A stretch of 64,000 nucleotides of DNA from an uncultured virus (IMG/VR IMGVR_UViG_3300024314_000003) (IMGVR_UViG_3300024314_000003); one strand, 5' to 3'. Shown: positions 53,436-64,000, counted from the first letter of the stretch. Program-made: numbers and translations. The notes: generated by a model from the sequence alone, not told the origin.

Positions 53436-54161
53436 ATGTCAACAGAAAAAGAATTAAATACTGATAATCTTAGAGACACTCATTGGTTAGGAGAAGTTAT
53501 CGATAATGTCGATCCTCTTAAACTAGGTAGATGTAAGGTTAAGGTCCTGGGTAAATATGATAATTTACCGGATGATGCTATTCCATGGGCAACTCCTATG
53601 AATAGAAATGCAGTAGGTTCACATCATGTTCCAAGAATAGGGGATATAGTTTCAGCTAGATTTGATAATGGAAATTTATATCATCCTGAATATTGGTTTC
53701 AAATAGAGCAGAATCTTTTTCTTAAAGAAGATATTTTAGATGGTGCAGGCAATGCTGAAAATGTAATCAGTTTAGTGTATGATGCTGAAAGAAACGTAAG
53801 AATTTATCACTCAGAAGAAGATGGTCTTGTAATTACCAGAGGATTTGGCGCAAAAGAAAGACCTATAATTCAAATCGACGAAGTAGGTGATATTAAAATT
53901 TCTACGGACGATAGAATATTCATAGATTCAGGAGACGTATATTTAAGTAATACAGGTGAAAGTGGAGAAGATACTTCAGAACCCGCTGTAAGGGGTAAAT
54001 CACTAGAAGCATGGTTAGACGAGTATTTAACTCTTTTTGAAAACCATATACATCCAACCGGAGTTGGTCCATCAGGAACTGCGGTTTCATTACCTCCTAC
54101 CCCATCGGGTGTTGCATCTTTGAAAAGTAAACACCCTGATTATCAACAAGAAAATAAATAA
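53436..54161 (+). CDS. baseplate central spike, gp5/gpV-like (OB fold)
   Basis: GEVIDNVDPLKLGRCKVKV..IPWA..VPRIGD; C-terminal HxH (HIHPTGVGPSG) metal-binding tip motif. Confidence 0.85.
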   Translation: MSTEKELNTDNLRDTHWLGEVIDNVDPLKLGRCKVKVLGKYDNLPDDAIPWATPMNRNAVGSHHVPRIGDIVSARFDNGNLYHPEYWFQIEQNLFLKEDILDGAGNAENVISLVYDAERNVRIYHSEEDGLVITRGFGAKERPIIQIDEVGDIKISTDDRIFIDSGDVYLSNTGESGEDTSEPAVRGKSLEAWLDEYLTLFENHIHPTGVGPSGTAVSLPPTPSGVASLKSKHPDYQQENK

Positions 54162-54163
54162 GA

Positions 54164-55882
54164 ATGGCTGCAGATTGGACTAATTTTATTAGTGAAGTAG
54201 AAGGATTTCTTTTAAGCGCACCTACTGCCCCACCGACTAGTGCCGCAGAATTCGGTAAATTATTAGCCACACAATATACGATTGATGTTAAAAAAGGTTC
54301 TGGTCCTAATGCAACGTGTATTCCAGGAATGGCACCTCATGAATCATCACCCGGGGAGAGTGCATTCATAGCAAGCTATGAACATTGGTTCACTGACCTT
54401 TTTGAAAAAGGAGAACCTGTCATGGAAACACCAGACACCGAAGAAAAGAAAATAGGAATTGCAACATGGTTGGCGAGTGCAGCTGGCGCAGCTTCCAGGT
54501 TAAGTATTGCAGGAAAAGACAATGATCCTGAATATAATAAACTAGAAGGTGAAATTTCAGGAGGTATACAATACGAGCCAACTGAAGAGCTTGACAAGTA
54601 TCTGGAAGAGTTTAAGGATGACGAAGCAGAAAACCTATATAGATTTAAATTCTTCGAGTTTCATCGCTTAGATGGTAAAGAAACCGGCGATGAATTAGCT
54701 AGAATATTTGCAACAAGATTATTAATGCAATTTGAGGATATTTCTGACGGAGATAAAAGATGGGATTTTTGGCACTGGGCGACTTGGATGGGAACTAATG
54801 AAATTAGAAGCAATTCCACAGCTGGGGTTGGCGGTTCAGGATTTAGTAATCAAGACATTCAGCAGATGAACAATAACAGGAAGGCAGCCATATCTACACT
54901 AAAGGGATTAGACTGGGGTTGGCAATCATTTAAATCTTCCTCGGGTGTTTCAATAAATAATAATAATAGAAATTATGATGGTGAATTTCATCTACTAGTT
55001 TCTAAATATGTAATTGATGAAATAAAGAAGTGCCATCCAACTGTAGATAGCGATGGAAAGTTTTTATACAGTGAGGAAACCGCATTAAAGAAAGATTCTA
55101 TACAAGCTATTAAATATCCATGGCCCTTTGATACTACATTACCCGTAGGATATGAAGAAATGGAACCTGCCGAAAAATTAAAAGTAAGATATCCATTTAA
55201 ATTAACTAATTTAAAAATACAGGAGCCTTTTGATGAAAATAATAAAATGCCACCTGCATTAACTCAGTATGTTATTACAGAATTTACATGGAACGGTAAA
55301 CAAGACTATGGTTTTAAAAAAAATAAAGTTAAACCCGTTTTTCTAGAAGATGAATTAAGAAAAAAATGGCAAGGATGTCCTCTTACTGAAAACGACGAAA
55401 CACAGGATTCTATTGTGAATATAGATATGTCTAAAACGGGAACTTTAGCTAAGCAAATTAGAAATACTTTAATAGTAGAAATGGGAATTGAAGCTGCAAT
55501 GTTAGCAGAAGGTGGAAGTAAAGATGATCCATATAAAGAACTTGCAAAGGCAACTCTTAAATATTGGAAAGATGCAACAATACAGCCATTTGCAACTGAT
55601 CCCCCGACACCACCATGTTTATCTGTTCCTCCTTTAGGCGGAAAATACATAGGAGTTAGTTACGGAAATCAAAGGAAATTAGCAGATAATTTAAGAAGAG
55701 CTCTTAATTCAGGTAAAGATTATGGATTAGATAGGGAAGGTGCAGCCAATGCAGTGGCTAAAGCACTTGCATATTCTTATTTTACGCATCTTAGTGAAAT
55801 GAAATTTATTTATATGGGTGGTATACCAGTTCCTACTGTTCCTTACGTTCCAATGATAGGATTTGACGCCACCGTAATTTGA
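54164..55882 (+). CDS. hypothetical structural-module protein
   Basis: 572 aa, immediately after the spike gene. Confidence 0.6.
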   Translation: MAADWTNFISEVEGFLLSAPTAPPTSAAEFGKLLATQYTIDVKKGSGPNATCIPGMAPHESSPGESAFIASYEHWFTDLFEKGEPVMETPDTEEKKIGIATWLASAAGAASRLSIAGKDNDPEYNKLEGEISGGIQYEPTEELDKYLEEFKDDEAENLYRFKFFEFHRLDGKETGDELARIFATRLLMQFEDISDGDKRWDFWHWATWMGTNEIRSNSTAGVGGSGFSNQDIQQMNNNRKAAISTLKGLDWGWQSFKSSSGVSINNNNRNYDGEFHLLVSKYVIDEIKKCHPTVDSDGKFLYSEETALKKDSIQAIKYPWPFDTTLPVGYEEMEPAEKLKVRYPFKLTNLKIQEPFDENNKMPPALTQYVITEFTWNGKQDYGFKKNKVKPVFLEDELRKKWQGCPLTENDETQDSIVNIDMSKTGTLAKQIRNTLIVEMGIEAAMLAEGGSKDDPYKELAKATLKYWKDATIQPFATDPPTPPCLSVPPLGGKYIGVSYGNQRKLADNLRRALNSGKDYGLDREGAANAVAKALAYSYFTHLSEMKFIYMGGIPVPTVPYVPMIGFDATVI

Positions 55883-55929
55883 TATATAACTAGTAAAACA
55901 TACATTAACCCTTTTAAAAAACAAAGTAA

Positions 55930-57258
55930 ATGTCAACAAAGACAACTCAAAAACAAAAGAGACCAAGACTCTCGACAACTACACAGCTTACAGAAGCTAA
56001 CCAAGAAACAGAAGTTAAAGTAGAAACTTCATTAAACGCCGCAACCCCGGAAAAACCAACTCCCGGTCCAGATACAAATTATATGGATGAAAACGGAGAA
56101 TTCATGTGGGACCAATATGAGGCAACATGTGTAACTAAGCTTAGGAAACCCAATCCACATATTAAAACACCTAAAGGTGTAAAGGTATATAGCAGAGAAT
56201 CATACGCCCAAGAACTATTTGACCTAATGGAAGGTCATTCACTAACTTCAAATACTTTATATTCTTTACAATTAGGAGCTAGCTATACTGGAAAGGTGTA
56301 TGCAGTTGATTCCGAATGGGCATCAATTGATGTAGGATATAGAGAATTAATCTATGTAGATTTATCAAGAGAAACTACAGAAGTAAGAGAACTTCTAAAA
56401 CAAGGAGTTGAAGTCGATGTTCAATTGATCGCCGATACTTCAATGAATGTCAAGAAATATATGATAGGTTCTGTGACTGAAGGTCTTAAGACTAAAGTTA
56501 TTAAAGAAATCGTAGCATCTATTGACGATGGAAATACAGCATATAGTGGTATTGTTTCTAAAATGATTCCAGGTGGAGGATATATTGTTCAAGTTCAAGG
56601 AATTGATTGCTTTATGCCAGGTTCTTTAGCTGGTGTAAATAAATTGCATGACTTTGAATCAATCATCGACACGGAAATGTATGTAGTACCTGTAAGTTAT
56701 TCGGAAGAAAAAGGAACTGTGGTAGTTTCACATAGAGCATATTTAAGAGCTCTTATTCCTAATACACTCAAAACAATACAAGAAGATATTACAGTTGAAA
56801 GAACAGGTCACGTTACTGGTTCTGCAAAATACGGCGTATTCGTTGAGTTTGAAGGATGTTTAACTGGTATGATTCACGTTAACGACTTAGATACTGAAAC
56901 TTCAAAGGCACATAGAGATAGATCTTTAGAGCCAGGAACAGAGATTAAATTCTATGTTAAAGAAGTTATTAATGAAAGAAAAATTACACTTGTTCAAGGT
57001 TCTCCTGCTGAAAAGAAAGTAGATCCATGGGAAGGTATTTCTTCAAGATATACTAAGAAAACTGAAGTGGTAGGAAAGGTAAAATCTACTAAAGACTATG
57101 GTTTATTTGTAGAAATAGAAGAAGGTGTAGTAGGACTCTTACATGTATCTGAATTCCCTGAAAACATAGATATTAAAGACATATCAAAAGGTGCAGATAT
57201 TACTGTTCAAGTGATCAGAGTTGAAGAAGACACTAGAAAAGTATTCCTTAAACTATAA
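55930..57258 (+). CDS. rpsA: ribosomal protein bS1-like multi-S1-domain protein
   Basis: About four S1 repeats (GGYIVQVQGIDCFMPGS, YGVFVEFEGCLTGMIHVND, YGLFVEIEEGVVGLLHVSE). Confidence 0.8.
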   Translation: MSTKTTQKQKRPRLSTTTQLTEANQETEVKVETSLNAATPEKPTPGPDTNYMDENGEFMWDQYEATCVTKLRKPNPHIKTPKGVKVYSRESYAQELFDLMEGHSLTSNTLYSLQLGASYTGKVYAVDSEWASIDVGYRELIYVDLSRETTEVRELLKQGVEVDVQLIADTSMNVKKYMIGSVTEGLKTKVIKEIVASIDDGNTAYSGIVSKMIPGGGYIVQVQGIDCFMPGSLAGVNKLHDFESIIDTEMYVVPVSYSEEKGTVVVSHRAYLRALIPNTLKTIQEDITVERTGHVTGSAKYGVFVEFEGCLTGMIHVNDLDTETSKAHRDRSLEPGTEIKFYVKEVINERKITLVQGSPAEKKVDPWEGISSRYTKKTEVVGKVKSTKDYGLFVEIEEGVVGLLHVSEFPENIDIKDISKGADITVQVIRVEEDTRKVFLKL

Positions 57259-57278
57259 TCAAATCTATAATTTAGTTG

Positions 57279-57305
57279 AAAGAGCCCGATCACTCGGGCT
57301 TTTTC
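57279..57305 (+). terminator. intrinsic terminator
   Basis: AGAGCCCGA-TCAC-TCGGGCTTTTT. Confidence 0.8.
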
Positions 57306-57363
57306 ACGTTATAGTGTATCTAACAGAGATATATAAACCAACTTAAGTTATATAATTACGTAA

Positions 57364-58659
57364 ATGAATAATATTAATAATTCAGACATATTAAAGAATG
57401 CACTGGTAGGTGTTGAATTTGAATTTTATTCTAACAAGGATATCGATACGACTGCTAAAGAGTTAGCGGGTCTTTTAGGTAAAAAGATTAGAGTAGAAGC
57501 AAAGGCGCATAGTGATTTTGAAGTTACAAGAGATGAGTTTAAAATTGAACCTGATATGTCAGGTGGTGAAAAACTAATGGAACTCGTAACAGGCGCACAG
57601 CCGTATTATGCTGCAAGGATGATGATTATTAAAGTATGTAAATGGATAGAAGAAAATGGATATACGAATGATAGAAGTTCTATTCACTTAAACCTTTCTT
57701 TCGATACAGATAAAATAGAAAATAAACATAGAATATCTAAGATGAATGTTCTTAAATTTATTTTAGATTTTAAAGAAAGTCAAGTCTTTAAGTTTTTTCC
57801 TGAAAGAAAAGATTCTGCATACGCAAAATCAATTAAATTCGTTTTACCTAAGTCAGATACTTATTTCTATGATGGATTAAATATTACTCCTAGTAATTTC
57901 ATATATCCTGATTCTAAATATTACGGAATTAACTTTGAAAAAAGACATAAGAATTATTTAGAATTTAGATATCTCGGTGGAAAAGATTGGGAAAAGAAAA
58001 CTTCTAAGATTCTACAAATGCTAGATCTTTTTATAACTCAACTATGGAATAGCACGGGTAATGTTCAATTTAACAATCTTAATTCAATAGAGCTTAGAAA
58101 AATTCTTGCTAAGAATGAAAGAGTTATAAAGGCTAGAAAAGATTGGAAAACCATTAATACAGGTTGGAATCAAGATGTTAAATTAACGGTTGATTTAAAT
58201 GACAATGAAAAGATAATAGATTTACACTGGCCTAATATTAGAGAAAGAGTTCTTAGATTATTTACACATGGTGAATTAACAAAAGGGCATATTAACTATG
58301 ATGCCGACAATGGTGTAATTCAAGTTGATCATGGTAACTTATCATATTGTGTAGAATTAGAAGGATATGAATTTGTAAGATGTTCTTTGAGAGGAGAATT
58401 CACAAATTGTGATTTCTTCGGATGTGACATAAATGGATCTGACATACATACGTGTAATTTCTATCAATCTACACAGGTTAATTCATCTAAATTAGAAAGT
58501 TCATACGTTCACCAGTCTTGTGTATTAAAAGACTGTTACATATACGGAAATGGAATAATGAAAGGGACGATGCAAGGAGGTATATTTAGAGACGGTAAAT
58601 ACGATAAAAGAACTGCAAAGTTTGACAACACTGAAAAAATACTTTATACGGAAGTTTAA
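57364..58659 (+). CDS. putative amidoligase (COOH-NH2 ligase type) with C-terminal beta-helix-like repeats
   Basis: GVEFEF, IEPDMS, ELVT, SSIHLNLS, KYYGINF and LEFRY; Cys/Phe-rich repetitive tail. Confidence 0.7.
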   Translation: MNNINNSDILKNALVGVEFEFYSNKDIDTTAKELAGLLGKKIRVEAKAHSDFEVTRDEFKIEPDMSGGEKLMELVTGAQPYYAARMMIIKVCKWIEENGYTNDRSSIHLNLSFDTDKIENKHRISKMNVLKFILDFKESQVFKFFPERKDSAYAKSIKFVLPKSDTYFYDGLNITPSNFIYPDSKYYGINFEKRHKNYLEFRYLGGKDWEKKTSKILQMLDLFITQLWNSTGNVQFNNLNSIELRKILAKNERVIKARKDWKTINTGWNQDVKLTVDLNDNEKIIDLHWPNIRERVLRLFTHGELTKGHINYDADNGVIQVDHGNLSYCVELEGYEFVRCSLRGEFTNCDFFGCDINGSDIHTCNFYQSTQVNSSKLESSYVHQSCVLKDCYIYGNGIMKGTMQGGIFRDGKYDKRTAKFDNTEKILYTEV

Positions 58660-58675
58660 AAATAACTAAAACAAA

Positions 58676-59509
58676 ATGAGTGATAATATAATAGGTAATA
58701 ATAGCCACTTAGATAAACCTACATGGGATGATAATAAATGCTTTAACGACTTTGTAAATGAGTTGGCATCGGAAGTAACAGGGTCTTGTATGATTCCTAT
58801 GAATCTTCCAAAATCAGAAGTAGAGAATATTGTCAAGAGAGCAAAGAAATGGTTCTATAAAAATTACGAGTATTCGATGAAAGAAAACTTTATGGTTTTA
58901 CCTAAAGAACTTTTTAAGTCTAATCTTTTTAAATCTAGAAGATGCTTTACTCTTCCAAAGATGGATCCAGTTACAGGTGGTGGAGAAGTTTATTCAGTAT
59001 ATGGATGTTTTGAAACTGGATCAAAGTATGCAGGTGGAACAGATATTAGATTTTCACAAGGTGATTTTGCTATCGAAAGAATGATGTATACTGGAATGTT
59101 CAGTGGAGATGGTGTAGTAGATGCCGCAGAGAACCTTCAATATTATGTGGTTAATGAAAGTTTCTTTGATATGGCTAGACAAATTCTAGAAAACCCCATT
59201 GGCTATCACTATAACCAACTAACACATGAGATTAAATTTACTGGAGAAACCCCTAACAGAGATATTATATTAGAAGTATATGAAACAATTCCAGAGTGTG
59301 CATTATTTGAAGATGAAGCATTCTTTAGATATTGTGCTGCAAAGATTAAAATTTCATTAGGACAAAAGTTAAGTATATTTGGTTTTGCTTTACCTGGAAA
59401 TATTGAAGTCAATGCAGACGCAATTCAGGGTTTAGGTGAAGGAGAACTGGAAGCAGTGATTGAAGAAATAAAAACAGATGAAGGCACCGATTGGATGATG
59501 CATTCTTAA
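58676..59509 (+). CDS. putative neck/head-completion protein (T4 gp13-like)
   Basis: YCAAKIKISLGQKLSIF..LPGNIEVNADAI..GE.EL resembles the gp13 C-terminus. Confidence 0.65.
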   Translation: MSDNIIGNNSHLDKPTWDDNKCFNDFVNELASEVTGSCMIPMNLPKSEVENIVKRAKKWFYKNYEYSMKENFMVLPKELFKSNLFKSRRCFTLPKMDPVTGGGEVYSVYGCFETGSKYAGGTDIRFSQGDFAIERMMYTGMFSGDGVVDAAENLQYYVVNESFFDMARQILENPIGYHYNQLTHEIKFTGETPNRDIILEVYETIPECALFEDEAFFRYCAAKIKISLGQKLSIFGFALPGNIEVNADAIQGLGEGELEAVIEEIKTDEGTDWMMHS

Positions 59510-59525
59510 TAGAATATATAGTTAA

Positions 59526-59879
59526 ATGGAGTTTTATATAAAAGCAAAAGGAGATCCTGGATTCGATCCAAGCAAATTAGAAATTAGTTCTGAATTAGCT
59601 AGGTTGATGACGCAGATAGAAACTGTTCTTTTTACGAGAAGAGGAGATGTTTTAGGTGATCCTGAATTCGGAGCTAATTTAGAAGACTATGTATATTCAT
59701 TAAGTTATAATGACTATTTATTAAAAAAAGTAGTTGCAGAACAGATTTATAAATATGTTCCTTTAGCTAGAAAATTTAACGTAACTGTTGATGTTGATTT
59801 CACAAAAGAAGTTGACAGACATGCAGTGTTTGTAGATATAAGAATTGATAATAGATATCAACTTGGAGTTTACGTATAA
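59526..59879 (+). CDS. baseplate wedge subunit, gp25-like
   Basis: LFTRRGDVLGDPEFGANLEDYVY..IYKYVP. Confidence 0.85.
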   Translation: MEFYIKAKGDPGFDPSKLEISSELARLMTQIETVLFTRRGDVLGDPEFGANLEDYVYSLSYNDYLLKKVVAEQIYKYVPLARKFNVTVDVDFTKEVDRHAVFVDIRIDNRYQLGVYV

Positions 59880-59896
59880 TAAAACTAAAAATAAAA

Positions 59897-61717
59897 ATGG
59901 CAGATAATAAATTTTTATCAACTTCCAGAATAAAAGCTGGAGAAATGATTGACGACATTAGATCCTATATTACTAGGATATATGGCGAGGTAGAAGGTGC
60001 ATTTACAACAGCCTCTCCGTTTTCACAAATCCTAGACGTTATTTCAGAAATAGGAAGATTAATATTCTTCTACATTGAAGATTCTACAGTAGAGCAAAAT
60101 ATTCTTACAGCTCAAAACCCAGAATCAATATATGGACTCTCAAGATTAGCAGGACATGATTCATTTAGAGGAGCTGCCGCTTCAGGTGAATTAAAGCTTA
60201 GATTAGGAGTGCAGGGTTTAGATGATATTGCTGGTGATGCTTTAAACATTCCATCCAATGCTATTATAGAATGCAAAGACAACGGTCTTAAATACACCCT
60301 GAGAACAAGTAATGATCAATTTAGATTAGAAAAATCAAACGCAAATTATATTTATATTCCTGTAATTCAGGGAGAATATGAATCTCAAACATTAACCTCA
60401 ACTGGAGAATCTTTTCAATCCTTTAATGTAATAACTAAAAGCATGATAGACCATGGACAGATTAGAGTAAAGGTTAATTCTAATTTATGGACTAAATATG
60501 ATTCTTTATATGATATGAAAAAGGGAACTGAAGGTTATTTAGTAAAAACAGGAATTACAGGTGGATTAGATCTTTATTTCGGTAATGGTTCATTTGGTGA
60601 CATTCCTCCAACAGGTGCATCGATTGAAATCGAATATTTAAAAATAGGAGGTGCTATGGGTAATTTAAACGGTAGAGCTGATTTATCGTTTGAATTCAAA
60701 ACTGAAGGAACAGATTCATTAGGAAATACGCATGATCTAAATGAATTATTAGAATCTGAATTTACAGTTGCACCTAAAATGGGAGCAAATCCAGAAGATA
60801 TTGAATTAACAAAGTTAATTGCCCCATTACAGTCACATTCATTTGTATTAGCAACTCCTGATAACTATGAGCACTTTCTTTCAAGATATGGTATGTTTTC
60901 TTATTTAGATGCATATAACACTACAGATGATGGATATTTAGACGATGATAATGTTATCTATCTGTTCATGTTGCCTAATACTCTTAAAAAATTACAAAAC
61001 AATAAAGATTATTTTAGCTTAGATAATTCTGAATTCTTTTTTACTGAAATAGAAAAAGAAGGAATTATGGGATTATTAGAAAAATCAGGAAGACAGATGG
61101 TAACAACTGAAATTAAAATAGTAGATCCTTCCCCACAATATTTTAGAATGGATATTAAAGTAAGATACTTTGAAGGATATACAAAGGCTAATCTTGCTAC
61201 TGAAATTAGATCTAAAATAGCAGAATACCTAATTAACATTACAAGAAGAGATAGATTACCAAAATCTGATATTGTCGCTATTGTTGAATCAATTGAAGGT
61301 ATTGATTCCGTTAACGTTAAATTCACTTCTGAAAAAGAAGAAACGGCTAGAAGATTAGGATATTATACTTCTAAAACAGTAACGGTAACTCCTTCTACCC
61401 CAATCTTAGAAGATATAGGTAATGGAAAACAAAAAATGGTTTTCTTTAAAAGAACAGTAACTGAAAGGCAAATTAATTTTGAACCCAATGCACCTCTTCC
61501 AGAGAATGTAATTAATTTAGATTCATTTGGAGATATAATTTTAGAAAAAGAAGAAGTTGCATTATTTAGAGGTGGCTGGTTAGATCAAAATGGAAACATG
61601 GTGGATGATTCAGTAAAGACTGGAGAAAAAGCAGCTCTTTCAATTTACTTTGATGAACCAGCTGTGAAAAATAGCATATTCGCTAAAGTTCAGGCTAAAA
61701 ATAGAAAAGCTATATAA
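59897..61717 (+). CDS. baseplate wedge protein, gp6-like
   Basis: EQNILTAQ..SIYGL, LYFGNGSFGDIP, GANPEDIE..LATPDNY. Confidence 0.8.
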   Translation: MADNKFLSTSRIKAGEMIDDIRSYITRIYGEVEGAFTTASPFSQILDVISEIGRLIFFYIEDSTVEQNILTAQNPESIYGLSRLAGHDSFRGAAASGELKLRLGVQGLDDIAGDALNIPSNAIIECKDNGLKYTLRTSNDQFRLEKSNANYIYIPVIQGEYESQTLTSTGESFQSFNVITKSMIDHGQIRVKVNSNLWTKYDSLYDMKKGTEGYLVKTGITGGLDLYFGNGSFGDIPPTGASIEIEYLKIGGAMGNLNGRADLSFEFKTEGTDSLGNTHDLNELLESEFTVAPKMGANPEDIELTKLIAPLQSHSFVLATPDNYEHFLSRYGMFSYLDAYNTTDDGYLDDDNVIYLFMLPNTLKKLQNNKDYFSLDNSEFFFTEIEKEGIMGLLEKSGRQMVTTEIKIVDPSPQYFRMDIKVRYFEGYTKANLATEIRSKIAEYLINITRRDRLPKSDIVAIVESIEGIDSVNVKFTSEKEETARRLGYYTSKTVTVTPSTPILEDIGNGKQKMVFFKRTVTERQINFEPNAPLPENVINLDSFGDIILEKEEVALFRGGWLDQNGNMVDDSVKTGEKAALSIYFDEPAVKNSIFAKVQAKNRKAI

Positions 61718-61986
61718 TGAGTATTTTTAGTAACCTTTTTAAAAGTAGAAAAAAGAGATTATATTCTATCAGGGAAAATGCATTTGACGATAGAAAAAAT
61801 TTAGGTAATGATTATAGAAGTAATATTTTGAAAAACTCAATTTCTTCTCATATTTGGAGAAATAATCAAATGAACGACTTTGTTAATCTTATTCAAGATA
61901 CAATCGCCGATTGGGTAGATTCTGTAAACTATTTAAAAATTTACAAATCTTACACCATGAAAAAAGATGATAAAAAAATTAGATAA
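61717..61986 (+). CDS. hypothetical protein
   Basis: TAATG-coupled 89-aa ORF. Confidence 0.6.
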   Translation: MSIFSNLFKSRKKRLYSIRENAFDDRKNLGNDYRSNILKNSISSHIWRNNQMNDFVNLIQDTIADWVDSVNYLKIYKSYTMKKDDKKIR

Positions 61987-61988
61987 TA

Positions 61989-64000
61989 ATGCCATATCAA
62001 AATCTTAGATTCTTTGATAATAGTTCTAACGAATTAAATTTAACGTATGATTCTACTTTAGAATATTCTACGGGTACTATATTTCTACCTGAAATATCGA
62101 CAGGCCTATATGAAACGATAAATTTATATGTTCTAGAAGAAGTAAGGGATGAATTAGATAATCAAAGATTTGTACATCCTATATCAGTCGATGCTAATAC
62201 TAATACTTTAAGATTTGAATTTGTTTCAGGCTATGGAGATAGTAATGATATTTTTCTTTATAGTGGAACAATGAAGAACGGAGACTACGAAGTAGTTGTA
62301 GATTCTTCTCAGGTTTCTAAAATGAGAGACAACAGTCACTACACTTCAATTGACTCTGATGGTTTTAAAATAGTTCCTTTAAACGCAGCGGCATTGAATG
62401 TACAAGCATGCATCGCCAATATAGCATTAAGTTCAGATAAAGAAGGTTTTCATATTAGAACATTAAATGTATATGCGACCGAAGATGGTAATGAAGTAAA
62501 GGTTGCAGAAATTAAAGTTTATGGTGAAGTAGTTGCTGAAGATGAAAGACTAAAAAGTCTTTTAACTAACATGGCATTAAATCTAGACGAAATGGATTAT
62601 TTGATATTTAGAGATTCTGATATTAAAGACCTTGGTGTAGATTATAAACTATTAAATAGAAAAAGAAAAGAACTTTTATTACAGGCTTCTACTATTAAAC
62701 CCTTTATAGGAACATATAAAGCCCTATTAGGTGTTATTGATTTCTTTGGATATAGTAATGTAAGTCTTAGAGAGTATTGGTTAAACATAAACGAACAATC
62801 TGAAGGATTTGGAAAAATGATGGTGGTTCCTGTTGCTAATCAAACTGAAGTAGGTTTCTTAGCAAAAAAGAGTAGAAATAAGAACCTTCCTAATTCTAAT
62901 CAAAAGAAAACTTCTAGATTTTCATTAGCATACCGATTAAACGTTCCTACTGGAAAATTAAATGAATTTGATTTACCAGAAGTAGAGGAAATTACAGATT
63001 TTTCGCCGGATGAAATCTTAATAAAATTATATGCTTTAAAGCGTAAACTACAGAAAGAATATTTACCGCTTAACGCAAAGATCGTAGATATCACAGCAGA
63101 GGGTGATTACTTTGACGGAGTAAATCAGAGAGTTTGGAATAATCAACACCAAATACACGCACAGTATGCTGGACAAGACGTACATTATGATATATTTCCA
63201 GATGCTAAATCAATTTATATAGAAGATCTTAGGAAAGTAGATTATAGACTAGAAGGTCGTAATCAAAAGATAGAAGTTTTTAATAAAACAGAAAGAAATG
63301 AATTAGAAGATTCTATTAGATCTTTCTATACAGATTGGCACGATGAAGATATGTCTTCACATAATACCATTGCAGGAATTCCAATAGGAGCTCCTATTAT
63401 TTTAACTGGAACTTCACTTAAAGATACATGGGATGATGCAGACTTTACTTTCATAGATGCAAACGATACTGACGATGATGCTAATATTTTACATTCTCCA
63501 CCCGGACAACCTCCATATACCACTTTACAAGATCCTTATTTAACATGGGATGATTGGTGGAAAAGAAGTGTATATGAAATTGAATGGATAATTAAAGGTC
63601 CTAGAGGCTACTTTAAAACTATCAGAGGATCTATTGACAATTGGTATACACTACCAATAATACTTCCATACATCGGTGAGTACACTATTGATGTTGCTTT
63701 TTGGGATTTATATAACATAAGAAGTATTAGTCACAATGAAAAGATAACAGTTAAATCTAAGAATGTTGAAGTATATGGAATGTATCAGAAACTCACGCCT
63801 GAATTAGATTGGGCTAATTATAAATATCAATGGGATGAAGCAGGTTCTTCATGGGAATGGGGTAGAGAAAACCTAAACACTGTTGAAGAAAGTATTGCTA
63901 CATATTATCTAACTCTCGATAGAGCTAATTATTTACACGAAGATGAAGATGGTAAAGAATTCTCAATGGTAAGAAGATTTGCAGATTCTACAACTCCAAC
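61989..64000 (+). CDS. large baseplate protein (gp7-like), truncated by the window end
   Basis: Starts MPYQNLRFFD at 61989 and appears to stay open to the end; IGTYKALLGVIDFFGY motif; follows the gp6-like gene. Confidence 0.65.
   Translation, partial: MPYQNLRFFDNSSNELNLTYDSTLEYSTGTIFLPEISTGLYETINLYVLEEVRDELDNQRFVHPISVDANTNTLRFEFVSGYGDSNDIFLYSGTMKNGDYEVVVDSSQVSKMRDNSHYTSIDSDGFKIVPLNAAALNVQACIANIALSSDKEGFHIRTLNVYATEDGNEVKVAEIKVYGEVVAEDERLKSLLTNMALNLDEMDYLIFRDSDIKDLGVDYKLLNRKRKELLLQASTIKPFIGTYKALLGVIDFFGYSNVSLREYWLNINEQSEGFGKMMVVPVANQTEVGFLAKKSRNKNLPNSNQKKTSRFSLAYRLNVPTGKLNEFDLPEVEEITDFSPDEILIKLYALKRKLQKEYLPLNAKIVDITAEGDYFDGVNQRVWNNQHQIHAQYAGQDVHYDIFPDAKSIYIEDLRKVDYRLEGRNQKIEVFNKTERNELEDSIRSFYTDWHDEDMSSHNTIAGIPIGAPIILTGTSLKDTWDDADFTFIDANDTDDDANILHSPPGQPPYTTLQDPYLTWDDWWKRSVYEIEWIIKGPRGYFKTIRGSIDNWYTLPIILPYIGEYTIDVAFWDLYNIRSISHNEKITVKSKNVEVYGMYQKLTPELDWANYKYQWDEAGSSWEWGRENLNTVEESIATYYLTLDRANYLHEDEDGKEFSMVRRFADSTTP

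Overview
The whole window looks like part of a large, AT-rich, T4-like (myovirus-type) jumbo phage genome. The host is probably Bacteroidota/Flavobacteriales: bS21, ClpP, LOG and the lipoprotein are Flavobacterium-style, and Shine-Dalgarno motifs are generally absent. Bases 1-5.3 kb hold minus-strand early-type genes (RadA-like ATPase, DUF932-like protein, HExxH protein, tRNA-Arg), most of them behind a long repeated promoter element. A GC-rich palindromic island (~5.4-5.8 kb) marks the strand switch, and a candidate structured ncRNA lies at ~6.84-7.02 kb. From 6.2 kb onward almost everything is on the + strand. This part includes proteostasis and translation genes (ClpC, ClpP, DnaJ, bS21, bS1-like, ArfA-like peptide) and nucleotide/DNA genes (thymidylate-synthase-fold enzyme with a dCMP-type Asp, dCMP deaminase, RNase HII, UvsE, exonuclease, PhoH, LOG). 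It also includes a fibre module, in which a 1852-aa collagen is flanked by glycosyltransferases and 2OG-Fe(II) hydroxylases, one of them PLOD-like, and a baseplate/neck module that runs off the right end. The main candidates for undescribed systems are: (1) an animal-like collagen lysyl-hydroxylation/glycosylation pathway; (2) an N-domain-less ClpCP with four small proteins carrying a UVR/M-domain-like motif, as possible adaptors; (3) six otherwise unrelated proteins sharing a T4-CTS-like N-terminal capsid-targeting peptide; (4) three distinct promoter classes; and (5) a 6S-like RNA. All assignments come from motif recognition by eye; no database searches were run.
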